Assembly: GCA_002633005.1 (NCBI GenBank)
Contig: NMRA01000039.1
Location: forward strand, 972,335 to 1,036,334
Direction: 5' to 3'
Source of the DNA: Phoronis australis
Taxonomy: Eukaryota > Animalia > Phoronida
Length of the DNA stretch: 64,000 bases
Positions within the stretch are counted from its first letter, which is position 1; every line of letters starts with the position of its first letter. The notes beneath the pieces were generated by a model. The model saw only the letters and a list, made by a program, of their open reading frames with translations. It did no database searches and had not been told where the DNA came from. The position numbers and the translations under genes are program-made. Shown here in pieces: positions 61,991 through 64,000 of the stretch.

Positions 61991-63870
61991 TCTTTTTCAC
62001 ATCGGTGTTGTAGCCCACAGCACAGCATTAATACTTCGTTTGCATCAGAAGGACGAATAGAGTAGTGGAACTGAGAAAAAACTGTGAAGAATCAGACACT
62101 AACAAAAAACATGTGAAACCCCAGTGGCATGAAAACAAGGCAACAAATGTGCCTGACTGATGTTATAATACTATTGTGGGTAAATGCAGCCAGATTCTTC
62201 AAGTTTCCATGTGTAATTTGGGACGGCCCTTTTTGGATTATTGATGAATCTCATCAAACATGATGTAGATTGGGTTATTGAAGATGTCACTTCACTCCGC
62301 AGACAGAGCACGCCTTTTCACAAGTGTTCACTACATGCATAACTGTATGCATGGTGTCTTTTATTTTTGTTGTCTACTGGGTTAAGAAAAAGTATGGTGT
62401 AGAACGAAAATTTTATTTGCTCATTTTTTTCTTGAAAGATAAGTGGCATCTAATCAATGCTTTGCTAATTTCAAGTTCTGTAGCATAGGTAACAGTGGAT
62501 AATACTTAAAAAAACTTAGGTCGTTCACAACAAAATTAGGAACCCTTGCAAAGAGAAAAAATTGACAGTTTTCCCACTTATTTTTGTCCAACATTAGCAA
62601 GATTTTACTGTATGCCGTTATTGATTCATCACGAATTGTAAAATGTTTCTGTAATTTTTGTTGTTTGGTGTCTTTAGTACTGCCAAATTGACACCATCCT
62701 ACTTTATTGAGGAGTTCTGAATGTTGAGCGCCGCTTTTTCCACTGAATAGCCTGTGTCAAACTGGTTCTCATAACCCAGGACCACTGTAAGTGACTGTTG
62801 GCACATGGGGTATAGGTCTGTCCTTCAAGCACTCCCACTTGAGTCATCTTCACCACTCACAGTGCATCAATCAAATGTCATATTCATCTCACTTGCTGAT
62901 GGTCTGTTGTTATGGTTTCTGGCATTGCCATCTAAATGGTTCATGGCTATGTTGTGTTGAGCAAGTTTCTTGTGAGAAAAGCGAGTTTCTTGTGTGAAAG
63001 GCTAGTCTTGGTGAGATATCGTCATGCAATGCAAGCGGGGCATGTGGTCTCCCTACCTTTAAAGGGGCATTGTCAGTGAAAAATTGATTTTCTTTAGTCA
63101 GCTTCAACATAGAATCGAATCTGCTACCCCTGCAGTCCCAGTCTAACTTTGTGCTGAAGGAGCTAAGGCTCACTGGATAAAAGGATAAAGGGCAGGTTAA
63201 GTGAATGTCTTTCAGACAATGGCGAGATTTGGCGTTTTGTAATAAAATCAAAAGGCACAGCTGATTTTGAAGTTCTCAAAGCTAGTAACTATCCTTTCCA
63301 ACAATAAACCCATAAATGTGTTTCTGGCCATAAAACTGATTGTGTCCCTCTGAGCACATAGCTGGTGTAGCTGCTCTGGTAAGCCTTTACAATGTTCAGA
63401 ATTGCTGTAAACCTAATTGTTATCCAGGAAAGAACAGGTAAATGACTCTAGGGTTGTTGTGCAGTAAAATTGTCGGTGAAATACATTGTTTTCTAGTGTT
63501 TGACGTGTTCTATTCTTGCACACTAGAGTGATTTGTTCTGTATTCCAAGCGTAAAGACATGGTGTGAAGAATTCTTATAGTTGTAAATGATTGGCTTGGT
63601 TCTACTTAATATTTACCAAACACCCCAAGCAATAATAATCAAAAACTTGTAGGAGACTTCTTATTTTTCTTACCAGTCATGTTGAAAGCTCATTGTTCAA
63701 AACTTCTTGTTTGGAACTTTGTGACATAGTGATAAAAGCATTTTTCCCTGCGCTTTTTATGTGCAGTTTGCAATCGTGCTCAAATTTTGACAACAGGGCT
63801 CAGGCTCAAGTTTTGAACCTGTGTCACTGTGCTGCAATATTGAATCGTCTAAAAAGTATTGAATTGTCAG

Positions 63871-64000
63871 CAGGGCTTGGAATTTTCCGCGGAAACGCGG
63901 ATTTCCGCTTTTTTCAAATGTTCTGTCCGCGCGTTTTATTATATTTCCGCGTAAAAAAAATCGGATTTGATATAAAATTTCCGCGGCAAATTCCTTTCTC
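63871..64000. mobile_element. Probable left end of an hAT-like element running off the window
   Basis: CAGGGCTTGG start followed by repeated TTCCGCG / CGCGG subterminal motifs. Confidence 0.45.

Noticed and set aside
62910-63251. 113-aa minus-strand ORF
   Set aside because: Non-ATG start, no recognisable motif; length is compatible with chance.

Overview
Eukaryotic genomic DNA, AT-rich (roughly 35-37% GC by eye), intron-rich and dense in transposons. It is most likely from an invertebrate bilaterian, but the species cannot be fixed from sequence alone. Four spliced genes were assembled by hand from GT-AG exons with matching phases, and they form two head-to-head pairs. (1) A gasdermin (GSDME/pejvakin-like) on the minus strand, 3 coding exons at 4524->794, running off the left edge and absent from the ORF track. 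(2) A divergent DNA primase large-subunit (PRIM2/p58)-like gene on plus, 6 exons at 7327->18907, 671 aa, with all four Fe-S cysteines but a ~220-aa acidic insertion. (3) A GRASP/Tamalin-CYTIP family PDZ scaffold on minus, 7 exons at 45135->24255, plus a candidate 30-nt micro-exon. (4) The first coding exon of alpha-catulin (CTNNAL1) on plus, 45545-45637, followed by an intron running past the right edge. Introns hold many MITEs (Tc/mariner-, PIF/Harbinger-, hAT- and Kolobok-type), two THAP-bearing Kolobok relics, a Penelope-like fold-back, a CTCF-motif higher-order repeat and a decayed unassigned ORF. A 1.6-kb tandem duplication split by a single N is probably an assembly artefact. Family assignments rest on recalled motif similarity, not on database searches.
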